From positions 12,896,001 to 12,960,000 of the forward strand of contig NC_086381.1 in assembly GCF_036588685.1 (NCBI RefSeq): a stretch of 64,000 nucleotides of DNA, given 5' to 3'. Under the pieces are notes generated by a model. The model ran no database searches. It was not told the origin of the DNA and saw nothing but the letters and a program-made list of their open reading frames with translations. Origin of the DNA: Mytilus trossulus. Taxonomy: Eukaryota. Shown in pieces: positions 12,460 to 26,266 of this stretch. The translations under genes and the position numbers were made by a program. Position 1 is the first letter of the stretch; each line of letters begins with the position of its first letter.

Positions 12460-13718
12460 GCACTGGCTGCCAAATTTATGTTCACCGATTTGACTCAAAT
12501 TCTAATATTTTATTTATAACAATGTAAACCATTTTTCCAAACTATAGAAAATATCACATTAACAATTTTCAGGACATGGTCTGAATAAGATGTTGCTTCG
12601 TTTCGTGTGAAAGGAGTAGGTCCGGTAAGGGCAGGTTTTGGCCTCAAATTTCAAGTTCATCTGACAAAAGATTTTAGACACTTTTTAGACACTTAATAGT
12701 CTATTTCAATTGATTCAATTATCTTTTGTGAATGATTTTAACTGATTCACTCAATAAAAACGCTCCGCTTCAAGCTTTGATATGAAAAATCCATCAAATA
12801 TGCCAAAAACTGTCACTTTTCATATGTTTTTTTGTCAAAAATGAAAGTGGCCGCATCCGTGTTCATCCTCGACCTTTATATAAGTTATGTATTATCATTA
12901 AACACAACTTAAATCTCCATATCAAGAATGAACACGCATGCGACCATTTTCATTTAAGACGGAAACCGTCTAAAATTTAACTAAAATGATGAAATTGTGA
13001 AGATTGCAGTAATTTAGCATGACTTAAGGATGAAAGTACCCGATATATGTGCATTGTAATGCCAAAAACAGCCCATATTTATGTAGCAGAAGCATTATAC
13101 CCTCCCAAAAAAAACTCAAAGTTTACATTTAAACAATTTTGTAAAACTGCTATATTTTGTGGCCAAAAAACGGTCTAACTGAACTTCCTCCTTTAGCAAA
13201 GACGCCATCTTATTAACTATCGAGTTTACCTTCTATGACCATATAAGCGATGTAAACATAAACACAGATATAAACAGATAAAGCAACTCGTGCAATTGGA
13301 TTTTTAAAGGTCTGTCAAATTTTGTATTATAGATTAAAAATTTATGTTTATCGTCGTTTTTACCTTTATAAGAATGATTTTGTGTGGATTGAATCAGTTA
13401 ATCAAATTATTTACCTCTGTTTCACTTTCAATGTTGACATTCTTTTTCATTAAATGTCCGTACACGGACAATGCATGCGTTATTCTATCACTTTCTACGG
13501 GGTTAAATTGGAGTTCACATAAATTTGGATTTAATGAGGTCCAGTTATTCACTTGCAAGTGAATAAGTCATTATCAATGTTTATTAACTTAATTTGACAA
13601 AATTGAACCATTTTAACTGATAAAAGCAAATTGTTATTTCACGTTTTCATTTTCAATAATGATCGAACAAAACAAATCATACTTTTGATTGTTTATATAT
13701 CTCGTAGCTGGTGCCCCT
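12460..13718 (-). mobile_element. Second, inverted and more diverged copy of the same MITE, interrupted by another element
   Basis: 12460-12609 and 13195-13718 are reverse-complement homologous to 11770-12455. It ends GTAGCTGGTGCCCCT. Confidence 0.75.
12610..13194 (+). mobile_element. MITE with short imperfect TIRs (AAAGGAG...CTCCTTT)
   Basis: A homologous full copy lies in the opposite orientation at 25226-25796. Internal inverted repeat GCATCCGTGTTCAT / ATGAACACGCATGC. Confidence 0.75.
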
Positions 13719-14892
13719 ATAACGTTAGGAATAATAGATTTCTTAACTAGTAATTTAAACACTCTTGTAAAATTATTGTACATTTTAAGTATTACTAATA
13801 TAATACATAGTTAAGAGGCTTACAATGTAATATAATACGTAGATTCTTTAACTTGTTAACATTGGAGATAATTTAAGTGACTCAAGTGCTGACATCAAAC
13901 ACGCCGACGCATGCTTAAAATATATAAAATATAATTCTCAATAACTTAAATGTGTTGTCTTTATATCTTTATATGTTGTTTGACTTATGTAAGCATACAA
14001 ATATTTATATCTATTTATGTTATAAGTAAAATAACAAAAATACCGAAGTTTCTAAGCAAATGGCACAATAAAAAGTCCAAACACGTCAAACGAATGGACA
14101 GCAACTGTCAGCTTGTTTACAAATCCTACTGTTGATACGTATTTTGTATGATGATATATTTGTAATGATGACGAATACATATGATTTAACTAACAACTGG
14201 TATGGGCATTTATGTAAAAAAAAAAAATGGGTGAATTAAACCTTGTTTTATAGCTAAATATCTTTCCAGTCGCATTAAATTCTATTTTGAAAGAGAGAAA
14301 AATATGACTAAATTGACATGGATCAATACTAAAGTGTTGCCAAAATCTGTCAAATTGCTATTATAATATATCTTTAGGCGTTCATAGATGAATGGTAATT
14401 TACAAATTGGTTATAATTTTGTTACAAAATCAAAAAACATTTAAATGCTGTTATACTGTGAATTCAAAAAATTCAGGGGGAACATTTTTTTTTAAACAGA
14501 TAGATAGATAACAACTTTGGCAGATATATTTAAAAAAAAAAAGAGGGACGAAGGATACCAGAGGAACAGTCAAATTCATTAATCCAAAATAAACTGACAA
14601 CGCCATGCCTAAACATGAAAAAAGACAAACAGACCAATAATAGTACACAAGAAACAACATAGAAAACTTAAATCTTCACTTCAATAAAATTTTACTGATA
14701 GTAATTAGCTGATCATGATTAAAACTGTTTTTTTTTTAACCACACACCATGGTGACAGGTCAAGTTTTCAAATGAATACAGCGGAATATCCTGTACATGT
14801 CGGCCGAATATTGCTCATTGTTTGCATGTATTGATGTCCATTTGAAGTCTTTTGTGTTTGTTTTTGTTGTTGTTATTATATATTTATATTAT

Positions 14893-15453
14893 AGGGCTAT
14901 TGCATGAATATTATCAGTTACTCAGTGTGTAATTGTCCTAATACGAGAATTTATCTGGTCAATAAAATTCATATTGGGTGAGGCGAAGCCAAACCCGATA
15001 TGAATTTTATTGACCCGATACATTCTGTATTAGGACAATTGAACACTGTGTAACGAATTTATCCTGATTTTGTTATATTACATATTATTATATTTAAATT
15101 CAATATAATGACAACATCAACCAAATATATTTTAGATATTTAATCTAAAACTCTGAAAAAATAAAACATTAGGACTATGAAGCAACTCATTTAAAAAAAA
15201 AATATTAGGTCAATGGTAGAAGGGAGATAATCCCAATTGACGTAATAACTAAGGGAGATAATTCCTATTGACGTAATAAAAAATTGTACTGAAATTTATT
15301 AGGATAATATCAGCCAATCAAATTGCAAGAAATTACTCTATATCAGGATAATGGGGAATATTGTCCTGGATTGAATTTTATATTGAAAGAGCTTGCTAGT
15401 ACAATATATGTTCTACGAGGGACAATACTCCCTGATATTCATGCAATAACCCT
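14893..15453. mobile_element. TIR element containing a long internal hairpin
   Basis: AGGGCTATTGCATGAATAT ... ATATTCATGCAATAACCCT, with an internal foldback at about 14915-15055 centred on GAGGCGAAGCC. Confidence 0.6.
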
Positions 15454-15842
15454 TTCATTGTATAGCAATATAATATTTGAAAGTAAAAATTAGTTTTTGT
15501 CGTTGATGACGTCATGAATTTTGAAGATTTATTGCACTAGTTCAATTTTATACAATTACTGTCTTTTGATGAGGTAAATATGCGGTTTTATTGACTTTTG
15601 AAAAAAATGATATTCACTGAGGCCGATGTCCGAAGAGTATATCAGTTTTTCAAAAGTCAATTTAACCCCATATTTACCGAAACAAAGGACAGTAATTGTT
15701 TTATTCCATATTCCATATGAGAGAGGAACATGTATTAAATGACAAACATATACCAAAACCAATTCACATGACATATTTTACCATAACGTTGCATTTGAAA
15801 GCGCGTGACGTCTATTAGCGCGGTGAATAACACTTTCTCAGG

Positions 15843-15937
15843 CATCTTCGCTAGCCAATGGTTACGATCCACTTCCGCTCTCTCTTCACTGTGAAAAGAG
15901 AGCGGGAGTGGATCGTAACCCTTGGCTAGGGAAGATG
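15843..15937. mobile_element. 95-bp foldback MITE with 9-bp TSD (Mutator-like)
   Basis: Near-perfect hairpin CATCTTC...GAAGATG, flanked by the direct repeat TTTCTCAGG (15834-15842 and 15938-15946). Confidence 0.75.
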
Positions 15938-17049
15938 TTTCTCAGGTGAATAGTTTTTTTTTAATTCAAAATCCAACTCATATAGAGAAACCTACTGACA
16001 TAATACCAATATGGAATAAATTCTTTTATTCATTTATACAGTTAATTGTAATTTCATTTTAGCATGAAAATGCATGTACTTATGGAATCAGAATGTCAAG
16101 TATGAGGAGAAAGGTGCGGTATGGCTCAACTAGTAATCAGTATATCTATAGTCTTATTCTCAGTTTCCGGAGTTTTCATGTTACAACATAAGCAGTAACA
16201 ATGCATTCAAGATATTAAAACAGACAAGTGCACATCAGAATATACGTCTTGTAAACGTCGAGAAACGTAAACGCTGCTGATGCAGAAAAGATACCTATGA
16301 TAAAATTGATAATGAAAATGGGGAATGTGTCAAAGAGAAATCGATGAAAGTACCCAACAAAGAGTAGATAACTGCCAGTTAAATTAAAGGCCACCAATGG
16401 CTCTTCATTGTACAGCGGTAGAATCCCGCAGCCGAAGCCTAGCTCCAGCTGGCCCCCAAACAAAAATGTGTACCGGTTTGAACAGTGCCAATGAACGTCA
16501 AAAGCTCTATTTTCAATACTTTAAACGGAATGTACAGTATCTGATACATGCGCACACTCTTAAAAATGATTAATTATTGAAAACTAAATGAACACTTTAT
16601 TCAACCCAATATTTTTCCATTACATTATCTCATGGGCGTTTCTAACTTACGATTTGAACCGTATGATTTTATTTTGATTAGAAATTTGAAATACATAAAA
16701 TATTCCAAATATACAATAAATAATCTTTTTTTTTTTTTTTTTTTATATATTAATCACAATTCAGCTTTGAAAATATGAACATGACTTCTGAACCGGTATA
16801 GTATATATAAAAAAATAGTGGTTGGCTTTGTGTTTTGATAGGTTTAACCTACCATTTTCTTTAAAAATGTCCTATGCAAGCAATGAATTAACATTGATTT
16901 CCATTTGTTAATAATTGTTTGATATATATTCGAGGCTATATGATCTTCCCCCTTTTTCATATATAATTTTCCTTGCAATGCATTTTCCTTGGCACTCACA
17001 CCACATCTTCCTATATCTATAGAACAAATACATTTAGTCTATGATGCAA

Positions 17050-17560
17050 GATGTTTAATGGTTGCTTTTGACTTTGAACTAGCTGTAACTGCGAGTACTT
17101 AGTGTCTTTTGTTGTTGAGATATACAAGAACCTGGCCACGTCCACTCTGTGTTTTGTTAGATATATTTCTATTTGTTTCCATCTGATGAGTTTAAACTCT
17201 TTAAACTGATTGTTACAGTCCGTTCTTTATCAGTACTGTCTTAGGTTAGGAGAGGGTTGAAATCCTGCATGTATCCTGTATGTATGTGCCGATCCCATGT
17301 CAGAAGCCTGTAATTTAGTGGTTGTCATTTGTTGCTGTGTTACATATTTGTTTTTCGTTCATTTTTTAATACATCAATGCCGTTCGTTTTCTCGTTTGAA
17401 TTGTGTTTCATTTGATATTTCCAGGTCTTTTAAAGCTGACAATGCGGTATGGGCTGTTCTCATTGTTGGAGCTCGTACGGTGACATATAGTTGCTCATTT
17501 CTGTGTCATTTGGTCTCTTGTGATGAGTGGTCTCAATGGAAATCATACCACATCTATTTA
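17050..17560 (+). mobile_element. Diverged SINE-like repeat copy
   Basis: Homologous to 505-1412 but without the nested HINE. Confidence 0.6.
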
Positions 17561-17619
17561 TTATACAGGTATACCAAACGATTACCGAATATACAAAGAT
17601 GCACTCAGAGATGTCTTAC

Positions 17620-17677
17620 CTTGCAACGTTTCCAACATTAAAAATGATAACATAAATTGCAAAACTATATTCCTCAT
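17620..17677 (-). CDS. Paralog A coding exon 1: signal peptide
   Basis: ATG...MRNIVLQFMLSFLMLETLQ+G|gtaaga. 58 bp, phase 1, matches exon 2. Same length as the homologous exon 63332-63389. Confidence 0.8.
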
Positions 17678-17689
17678 ATTCTTAAATAA

Positions 17690-17780
17690 ATTTTGCAAGT
17701 TTCCATTCAAATAATGACCACAAAAGTCCTCTTAAACCGCCACAGTCAAAAGTCACAAGTACTTGAAGGCAGGATGTTAG
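17690..17780 (-). promoter_or_regulatory. Conserved block upstream of the paralog A start codon (5'UTR/core promoter candidate)
   Basis: On the + strand, TTCCAT.CAAATAAT...CCACAGTCAAAAG...TTGAAG.CAGGATGTT is shared with 63405-63490. Confidence 0.5.
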
Positions 17781-18783
17781 TATATATTGAATTATAGTAC
17801 TCATTGGTTATATGATATATGTATATACTATCTGTATACAATCCGTTATAAGCAGTAGTTTCCTCTTTCCACACCACAACATGCTTAAATAGTAAAAAAA
17901 ATATCTTTTATTCAAAATGAATGAATCTTTTAGAAATAACGTTTATATATCATAAACATGCATACTTTCCGTTCATTAACAATACAATTGTATCAAAGTC
18001 GAGTGACGTGTTTAATAAAGAGTGTCAGACATGCAACGTATGTTCAAATAAATTAAGAAATATATCTAAAACTGACATCTTTAAAACTGACATCTTTTGT
18101 CTTTTGCATTAGTCGTTGTTATACTATTGGTTATGCTTTTTGTTCGTTTGCTGTATTACTTCGAATGGTAGGAGAGGGTCGAGATATCTCAAATATGTTA
18201 AATATTGCCACACTAGTATGTCTGTCTAAATGCAGGAACCTAAAATGTAATGGATGACATCATCATGTCGTTAGTTCTTTGTTGCTGTTTCTCGTTTATT
18301 ATTTTATAGTTTAAAGCTCTATACGTTTTTTGTTGTTGTTCACATTGTTTCTCGTGTTTTCATTTTGGTACATTCAGTTGTCAATAGCTTTATACGGTAT
18401 TAGTTTTGCTCAATGTTAATGGTCATACATCATTGACCCTATAAAGTTGTTAACATGTTCGTTCTTTAGTCACTGGTGGATAGTTCTAAGTGTCCGTCGC
18501 AAACATTCATCTTCTAAACTCGTTATTTACATGTAGTATTGGTGTTCGGCAAGGAGACAATTTCAGTTCTAATCTATTTCAGATTTTTGTAAACTATTTT
18601 TTTTTTTAGATATCAATAATAATATATATGACATATATACATGCACCAGTACTATCTGAAAAAAGTGAAATAAAACATTGCCAAATAATAAATAAAATAG
18701 TGTTTTTTTACCAGTATCATGATTGTGAAGATGGTTACATATAAATCTAGAAGAATATACTTTTCAACTTTTTTGGATTCGGG

Positions 18784-18825
18784 CGTCACTGATGAGTCTT
18801 TTGTAGACGAAACGCGCGTCTGGCG
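18784..18825 (+). ncRNA. Minimal type-I hammerhead ribozyme, intact core
   Basis: CGTCA-CTGATGA-GTCT(TTTGT)AGAC-GAAA-CGCGCG-TC-TGGCG: stem I, core, stem II, palindromic stem III and GUC cleavage triplet. Confidence 0.85.
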
Positions 18826-19219
18826 TGTATACAAAATTTAGTCCTGGTATCTATGATGAGTTTATTTACATTATTATAACATTAAAAGTAACAATGTGAC
18901 TGCACCAGATGTGCAATTCGTCAACAATGAGTGCAAAATCCACAAACATATCTATTATTACGTTTTCAATTTCTTATAAAAATATAAAAATCAATTCTCC
19001 GAAACAGACTTGGATTATATTTCTATGACTGCCAGCATTTACGTTTGAAAATCAACAGTGGTCATCATTTCTTTATTTAAATCCTTCAAATGAAATTCTG
19101 ACACTCTTTGTATGTGACCAGTTTCACAAAGCTGTTCTAGGATGGTTTTAAGAAATATGATAGTCTTAAGTAGGTTTTACAAAGTGGTCCTTAATTAGGA
19201 CATTTCTTGGTCATAAAAG

Positions 19220-20181
19220 AAGGACGAAAGATACCAAAGGGACAGTCAAACTCATAAATCTAAAACAAACTAACAACGCCATGGCTAAAAATGAAAAAGA
19301 CAAACAGACAAACAATAGTACACATGACACAACATAGAAAACCAAAGAATAAATAACACGAACCCCACCAAAAACTAGGGGTTATCTCAGGTGCTCCGGA
19401 AGGGTAAGCAGATCCTGCTCCACATGTGGCACCCGTCGTGTTGCTTATGTGATATCAAATCCGGTAAATAGTCTAATTCGGTAGGTCACATTCATGAAAG
19501 GGAAGGGAATTGTAGTTACGACGTAAGGAACATATCCGATATCATTTGTGAAACGGTTATTCCATAACGGTCAACCAACTCGTGATGGCGTCCGTAAAAT
19601 TTACGAAGGGATGAGTTCAACTTCACCATTTGAAACTCTTGGTTCAATAGCTTCCTTGTGAGCAATTACCCTCTATCAAGAAAATCATGATAGGAAATTC
19701 AAGCACGGGAATATCGTAACAATTGGGAGATATATACCCCGTATGCAGGTGCTGCTGGAATGTTGCTACTTAGAAATGGAAAGTTCACAATTGGAAAGCT
19801 GAAATCATCTCTTTTGTCGTAAAGTTTTGTTTTCAACCGACCCTCATTGTCAATTTCTAGATGTAAGTCAAGATATGAAGCCGACTTAACTGTATCTGTA
19901 GTATCCTTTATCTCTAGTTCAATGGGAAAGATGCGTTTCACATAGTCACCAAATTTTTAATTATTTAGTGAAAGAACATCATCTATAGAGCGGAAAGTAG
20001 AGTTAAAGGATATTGCTAACTTCTCATCTTCAAGTTCCTGCATGAAGTCAGCCTCATAATAATAAAGAAATAAGTCGGCAAGTACAGGGGCACAATTTGT
20101 TCCCATTGGAATGCCGACAGTCTGTTGAAAAACACGTCCTCCGAACGAAACAAATATGTTGTCAATCAAAAAATCAAGCAT
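19220..20181 (-). mobile_element. 5'-truncated Penelope-like retroelement (RT fragment plus 3' region), inactive
   Basis: ORFs 19957-20181 and 19699-19941 contain QQTVGIPMGTNCAP, FRSIDD (YxDD motif mutated) and YLDL...LYDKRDDFSF, with an in-frame disruption between them. Confidence 0.75.
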
Positions 20182-20688
20182 AAAGTGAGGAATACACGAG
20201 AGGTGTCTTGTGATTGTTTTGGGAAAGTCATATTTACATATAGTGTATTTTTATAAATTACACTCATTGTTTCATATTAATTTTGCAAATTAACTTTACC
20301 TTTTCTCCTTTTCCTACTCATAACTAAATCGTATAGGTTGACGGATTACTATGATTTGTCAACAATGAAAATTCGATGTATAATTGATATCAAGAATGCA
20401 CGATTTTATCCTTAAAAAGGTGTAATCTTATTTTAACCGATAAAATGACTCGCTTCATACAAAATGTACTTCAGTCAACTCTTTTACACCCCAATAAATT
20501 TACAAAAAGAAGCATTCAATTCTTAAAATGAAAACGATAAGGTCGTCATTAACTCTTGACTTTTAAGAATCAAATGCAACCATGATGACTTTGTTATGGT
20601 AATGTCAAATTGAATTACTACTCCCTTGACCTGCAACAGTCAATTGAACTCTGCATAAAAAAAGCCCACACCCCATAAAAATAAATAG

Positions 20689-20833
20689 ACAATATAAGGT
20701 CAATGAAAAAAAATTATAATCTTTTTTGTATGAGACTAAGAAACTGGGGAAGAGCGAAGTTCTACCGAGCCCTTCCCCAGTTTTGCGCCGAGTACAAAAT
20801 TGTTTATATTTTTATGACATTGACCTAATATTG
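20689..20833. repeat. Imperfect foldback / hairpin MITE
   Basis: CAATATAAGGTCAATG...AAACTGGGGAAG-loop-CTTCCCCAGTTT...CATTGACCTAATATTG. Confidence 0.6.
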
Positions 20834-23299
20834 TTTTTGTACTGCAAATTTAACTAATACATTGATAGCTTTTTAAATCGTAACACAATTGTGAAACGTA
20901 TTTTCATCCCTTAATGAACCCCCGATTGTGTAGAAAGTGTTCCATGATGAAATTGACATTATACAAAATATTGTTATATTACTTTATTTAGGAAATAAAC
21001 ACAACTAGTTGCAGTATTGAAGGATATAAGGGGCATCATTAGTTCGAAAGCCGATAGCAACCCAACAATAAAAAAGACAAAACGACTTAAAAATAGACAT
21101 TTTTGAGACCTCTTAAACGTCCCAATTCTGTAAAAGCTGTGAAATATACAAAAGTGAAAAAATAAACATTTACATTCTTCATATAACAAAATTCTTATAA
21201 AGCGAAATAAACTACCCCGAATGCATATTAATCGAGTTCATTAACACTTTATAATTTATATTTAAGAATTGAATGCTTCTTTTTGTAACTTCATTGGGGT
21301 GTAAAAGCGTTGACCGAAGTACATTTTTCGATCACTACTCTGTTACGGGCTGTACCCATTACTGTCCGGGATGCGTTTTGATAAAACTACTTCTCTTGTT
21401 TATTTCGCTCTCCGGTCATTACAATGTCATTTTGCCGCCTCCAATGGTAGACGCGACACCGTTGAATGTACATGTGTTCAGGACAGGTAAGATTAAAGGA
21501 ATTAGTTTGGAACCAGACGATCCCCATTGGTATAGGTTGCTTTACGATAAATGCATGTTGTAGAATAATTCATAATCAGGAATAGCTGGAAGGGAAAGAA
21601 ACGTGTTGCAACGATGACCCAAAAATCGAAGGTAGAAAATTTAATGAAATTCTAGAGATTCAAACATGAACACAACTACAGTATCCCCTATCTATCTAAT
21701 GTGTTTTCATAAATATGTGATATAGCGCAAACAGGGAGCTGTTTTATATGTCTTGTTGCTAGGCATTTTCCGGGGATATAATGTAATTTTTACGGGTGTT
21801 ATTGATAAGGTTTGTTACACTGTAACATTATATAATACACGCTCATAAAGTCGCTAAAAAACGCTTATCACACAAATGAACTCGATGTTAATTATTCTGT
21901 TTACCGGATAAATGGTTCTTTATCATAATTGAATGTTTATGTGGTGTATATTACAAAAAAGCGGTACTTTAAAAAAACACCATTTCCTCCAATTGTTATA
22001 ATAAGAGGAGTATTTGGTATCCTCAACCTAACTTTTCTAACACATTCGTTAAATATGTTGTGAATATAGTTTAATATCAAGTATGTATATCCATCCCTCT
22101 TTTGTCAGTTCATTATTTAAACAAACAGCTCTTAATAATATACATATACATAGTAATATATATAAATGTGTAGAAATGTATATGTCATACACGTTAATCT
22201 TTTGTTACGATGTCTGTGAAAACTGCATGAACAACATTTTTTTTATTTGGTCCTCTTTTGACAGTTTAAGATGATGTTGTTTCCTTCAATTAATCATAAT
22301 CTCTTTTACATTTGGTAAAAAGTTTATCTGAAGTGGCAAACAAGATCAAACAAATTAAGGAAGTTTTTAAATATACAGAATTCGTTTTCGGTTGCCCTTG
22401 TAACACTTTGAATTTTAGATTTTTATCATATCATAAGTCTTTTCCTTTATATTTATTTTTAATCTGATTCAAAGTTTGAGTCAAAACAAAAGCATTACAC
22501 GTTCTTACTATCAAACTTGTTTTTTTTATTTAACAGTATAGTATGCATTTACATAGAGGGTCTAAAAAGCCTATGTCGCTCATCTGCATCTTCCAAAATG
22601 GCACATATTTTTTCTTTTTTTCTTCTTCATGAATTTACAGGTAAAAAAACAATATTTATCTTGTTTCACAATAATCAAGTAAGTGCTATTACTGAGCATA
22701 ATAAGTATTTTATTTTACGACCTTATAAAACTGAAATATTTTGAAGAAATTTGTTGTTCTTAAATCAAGTTTTCTTTTATTTCAAGACCTTTTATATGAG
22801 GTTTATATCTGCATCTTACATCTGCAAATAATGGCCTTTGTCAGTAACATAACTTTATTATTAATAAAAAAAATCAGTTCATAATTGTCATAGAGGCCAA
22901 AACTGACAATATTCAATTTTAGTGGAATTTCGATATGGAATATATCGACAATTCAACAATTTATATTGTGCCATGTGTTGGTTACAAGTTGACAACCCAA
23001 AAGTAAAAATACAATTGAAAATGAAAATGGGGAATGTGTCAAAGAGACATCATATGAATATCAGGCACGATCCTTCCCGTTAGGGGGTAAGTATCATACC
23101 ATCATAACATATTATATGAGAAGAACTTGATAACCCGTGTCATGTCAACAACTGGTTTTTGAATAAATGTGTTTAGTTCCGATGCAAATGTTCTATAGTT
23201 TCTGGATCTTTCTTGCTTAATATATACAAATTACAATTAAGACTAGAGCATTTGTCCCCAATGGATAATTCTATATTGAAACCAACATACCCTAATGTT

Positions 23300-24560
23300 T
23301 TTTTGAAATCTTGGTTAAACAAAAGTTTCTTCAAATTTTTCACAACTTTATTAAGAATACCTTCCCATTTCTTACTGCTATAAAATCTATATGTACAGTT
23401 CCTAGATTAAAAATAGTATACATGTCCTTTGAGGACTTTTCGGAATATTAATACTAAAAGATATAACAGCCTTTTTTCTCATTTTCAGTGTTGATTCCAA
23501 AGTTGTAGCTATTTTTTAAAGTGATAATATGAGCCCTTTAAACTGTAAAAACATGGGTTTGAAATTATACATTATATATTTTTTTTTATATGATAATATA
23601 TTTCCATGTTAACTTAACAGGTCATTTACAGTCCAAACCTCATTATGTGCCCAAATTTTATAGTAAACGCTGACGTTACCAATTTTAATATGTTCGTAAT
23701 GCCGTATAGATGTCAAAATTACTTCCTCAAATGAAATGGATGTTTGAGTATTGACATAATTTTCCAAGCATGAAAAACAATCATACCAAAATCTGTTTTT
23801 TTGATTTTTTTAATAATTCTAAAATAACCAAACGGGATAAATAATTGTTTTGACCATTTTTGTAATATTTTTACTATTTCTTATATTGGAGGAGCATAAT
23901 TTAGATTTTTAAAACATTCTATCTAAATCAACACACATAGATACACCAAGTAATTTAAAGGCACCGAAACCCCATTTCAGTCCCAATTTTTCACATATTT
24001 TTTCCTGACTCTGTGCTTTACTACACATCCTTATCACTTTCATTTTGTCTAAATTGATTTTCAGTCCTGATATTTCCGCATAGAATTGTAATTTACGGAG
24101 AAATGCATCAAGTGAGGGAGGCGATCCATCTAGAATAAGTGATGTGTCGTTTGCATATTGAGACAAGACACTATGCTCTGAATCATCCATCGTAATACCC
24201 TTTCACTCATCACTATTTCTTTTAAAATTAAATGCCTAAAATTTCAACACATAGCAAGAAAATATAAGAAGACAAAGTATTGACCTGGTTCAGCCTCTCT
24301 CCACACAGAAAAAGTCTGACAGACACCGTTCTGGTTGACAGTTGGTGTAACATAATTGAAAAATGATAATATCCGGTTTACAATAGAATCTTCAAAATTA
24401 AAATACTTCAGTGTTTCAAAGAGATAAGCCAATGCTATATAGTCAAAGGCCTTCTCAAAATCAATGAGTAATAATATACCAGGTATATCAATTTCCTCTG
24501 TAAAGTGTAAAATATCATATTAAGTTTACAGTTTTCCCCAATAAATCTACCCAGAATAAA
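23300..24560 (-). mobile_element. Decayed L1/Tx1-clade LINE reverse transcriptase fragment
   Basis: LLIDFEKAFDY (about 24440-24470), SQYANDTSLIL (YADD motif mutated) and ISGLKINLDK, with multiple frameshifts. Confidence 0.75.
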
Positions 24561-25225
24561 GCATGTATGATAAAATTGCCACACTTAAGTAATAAAATTT
24601 ATTAAAGGGGAATAGCTCTTTCAAGAGTTAACTGAAAATTTAAGTCATGTTGACATGTGTGTAAGTCTTAAAATGCTGATCCTTTATTTTCCCCTTTAAA
24701 GTTTCTAATTATCTATTATAGTTTTATTATTAATAGAGAAGGATAAAAAAAATCCATCAAATAAATGGACAAAAATAACATTAAAAGGGCAATAACTCCA
24801 ATAACTGTAGATTTTGGCTATTATGGCTTATTTGTAGATTAACTTCTATAATTAGTTTGGTATTCAAATTTTAATTATGGATTTAATTAGTTTTTTAAGA
24901 TAAGACACAACTAAACAATCGTAATCAAAATAGTAATAAGAGGACAATCACTAGAAGTCGACTAACAATTTTGGACAAAATGTACTTATTTGTAGACCTT
25001 TTCTTGCTTATCATTATTGCTTTTACTCCTTCAAACAGCGTTATGCTACTGTTGCCTTAATTTGAAATTCGAATTCATTTTATAAATTCCATGATACTAA
25101 GCAATCATGAATTTTCTTTGGGTTTAATTCTTCGCTTAAGGGCACAACACTTATAAGAAATCGTCTGACAGCTTTAATGTAAACAGATATTCTGTAGATC
25201 TCAACGGTGGTCAAGATGATATACA

Positions 25226-25796
25226 AAAGGAGAAGGTTCAGTAAGACCTCTTTTTGGCTCCAAAATATAGCAGTTTTACAAAAGTGTTAAAATTTAAACT
25301 CTTTCTTAGCTATTAGATAGTAAAATGGTTCTGCTACATAAAAATGGGATGTATTTGATAATACAATGCACATATATTGGGTACAAGCACCATGAAGTCA
25401 CAATTTTCACAATTCCAGCATTTAAGTTAAATTTTAGACGGTTTCCGGGTAAAACGAAAGTGGTCGCATTCGTGTTCATCAAAAATATTGAAATGGAAGT
25501 TGTATTTGATTATAATACATAACATATGTAAAGATTGAGGATGAACACGGATGCGGCCACTTTCGTTTTTTGACAAAAACCATCTGAAAAGTGACATTTT
25601 TCCGCATATTTGGTAGATTTTTCATATTTGAGCTTGAATCGGATCGTTATAATGACTAAATAAGTTAAAATCTTGCACATAAATTAATTGAATCATATGA
25701 AATAGACACTTATGTGTTTGAAAAGTGGTCAAAATCTTTCGTCAAATGAAACTTAAATTTGAGGCCAAAATCGGTCCTTACCGGACCTACTCCTTT
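25226..25796 (-). mobile_element. MITE, same family as 12610-13194
   Basis: Reverse-complement homology along the full length, with AAAGGAG...CTCCTTT termini. Confidence 0.75.
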
Positions 25797-26266
25797 GTAG
25801 TTGATTCATATGTTCAATTTTCAGATATGTCGCATTTTTTTGTAGGCAGGCCACATTCTAATATCTTTTTGACACCCACTTGATGATTGTTGGCAATTTT
25901 TTTTTAATTTAGGAAAGTAGTATCAGAGGAGATGATCTTAGTAAAAGTACGGAAGACAGATGACAGACGGCACACGCCAAGTGACACCGGCCATTTGATT
26001 GAAATGAACTAAAGGGTTTTTGATACGAAACACGACCCTACTAAGTGACTATGACTATCAGAGCACACAGTCCAGGTTCATATGATGTATGGAGTCAAAT
26101 TCTAAAAAAAATATTTTTCGTTTTCGAATAATATTAGATCATTAACAACAATCTTGGCAAACACGTATAGGCACAACAGATACGTATTGTGATGAAAGAG
26201 AATACTTCGTTTTGCAGTATTAAGCTTTTATTATTCAAATGATAGCCAGCGTCGCTGTCTTTACCA

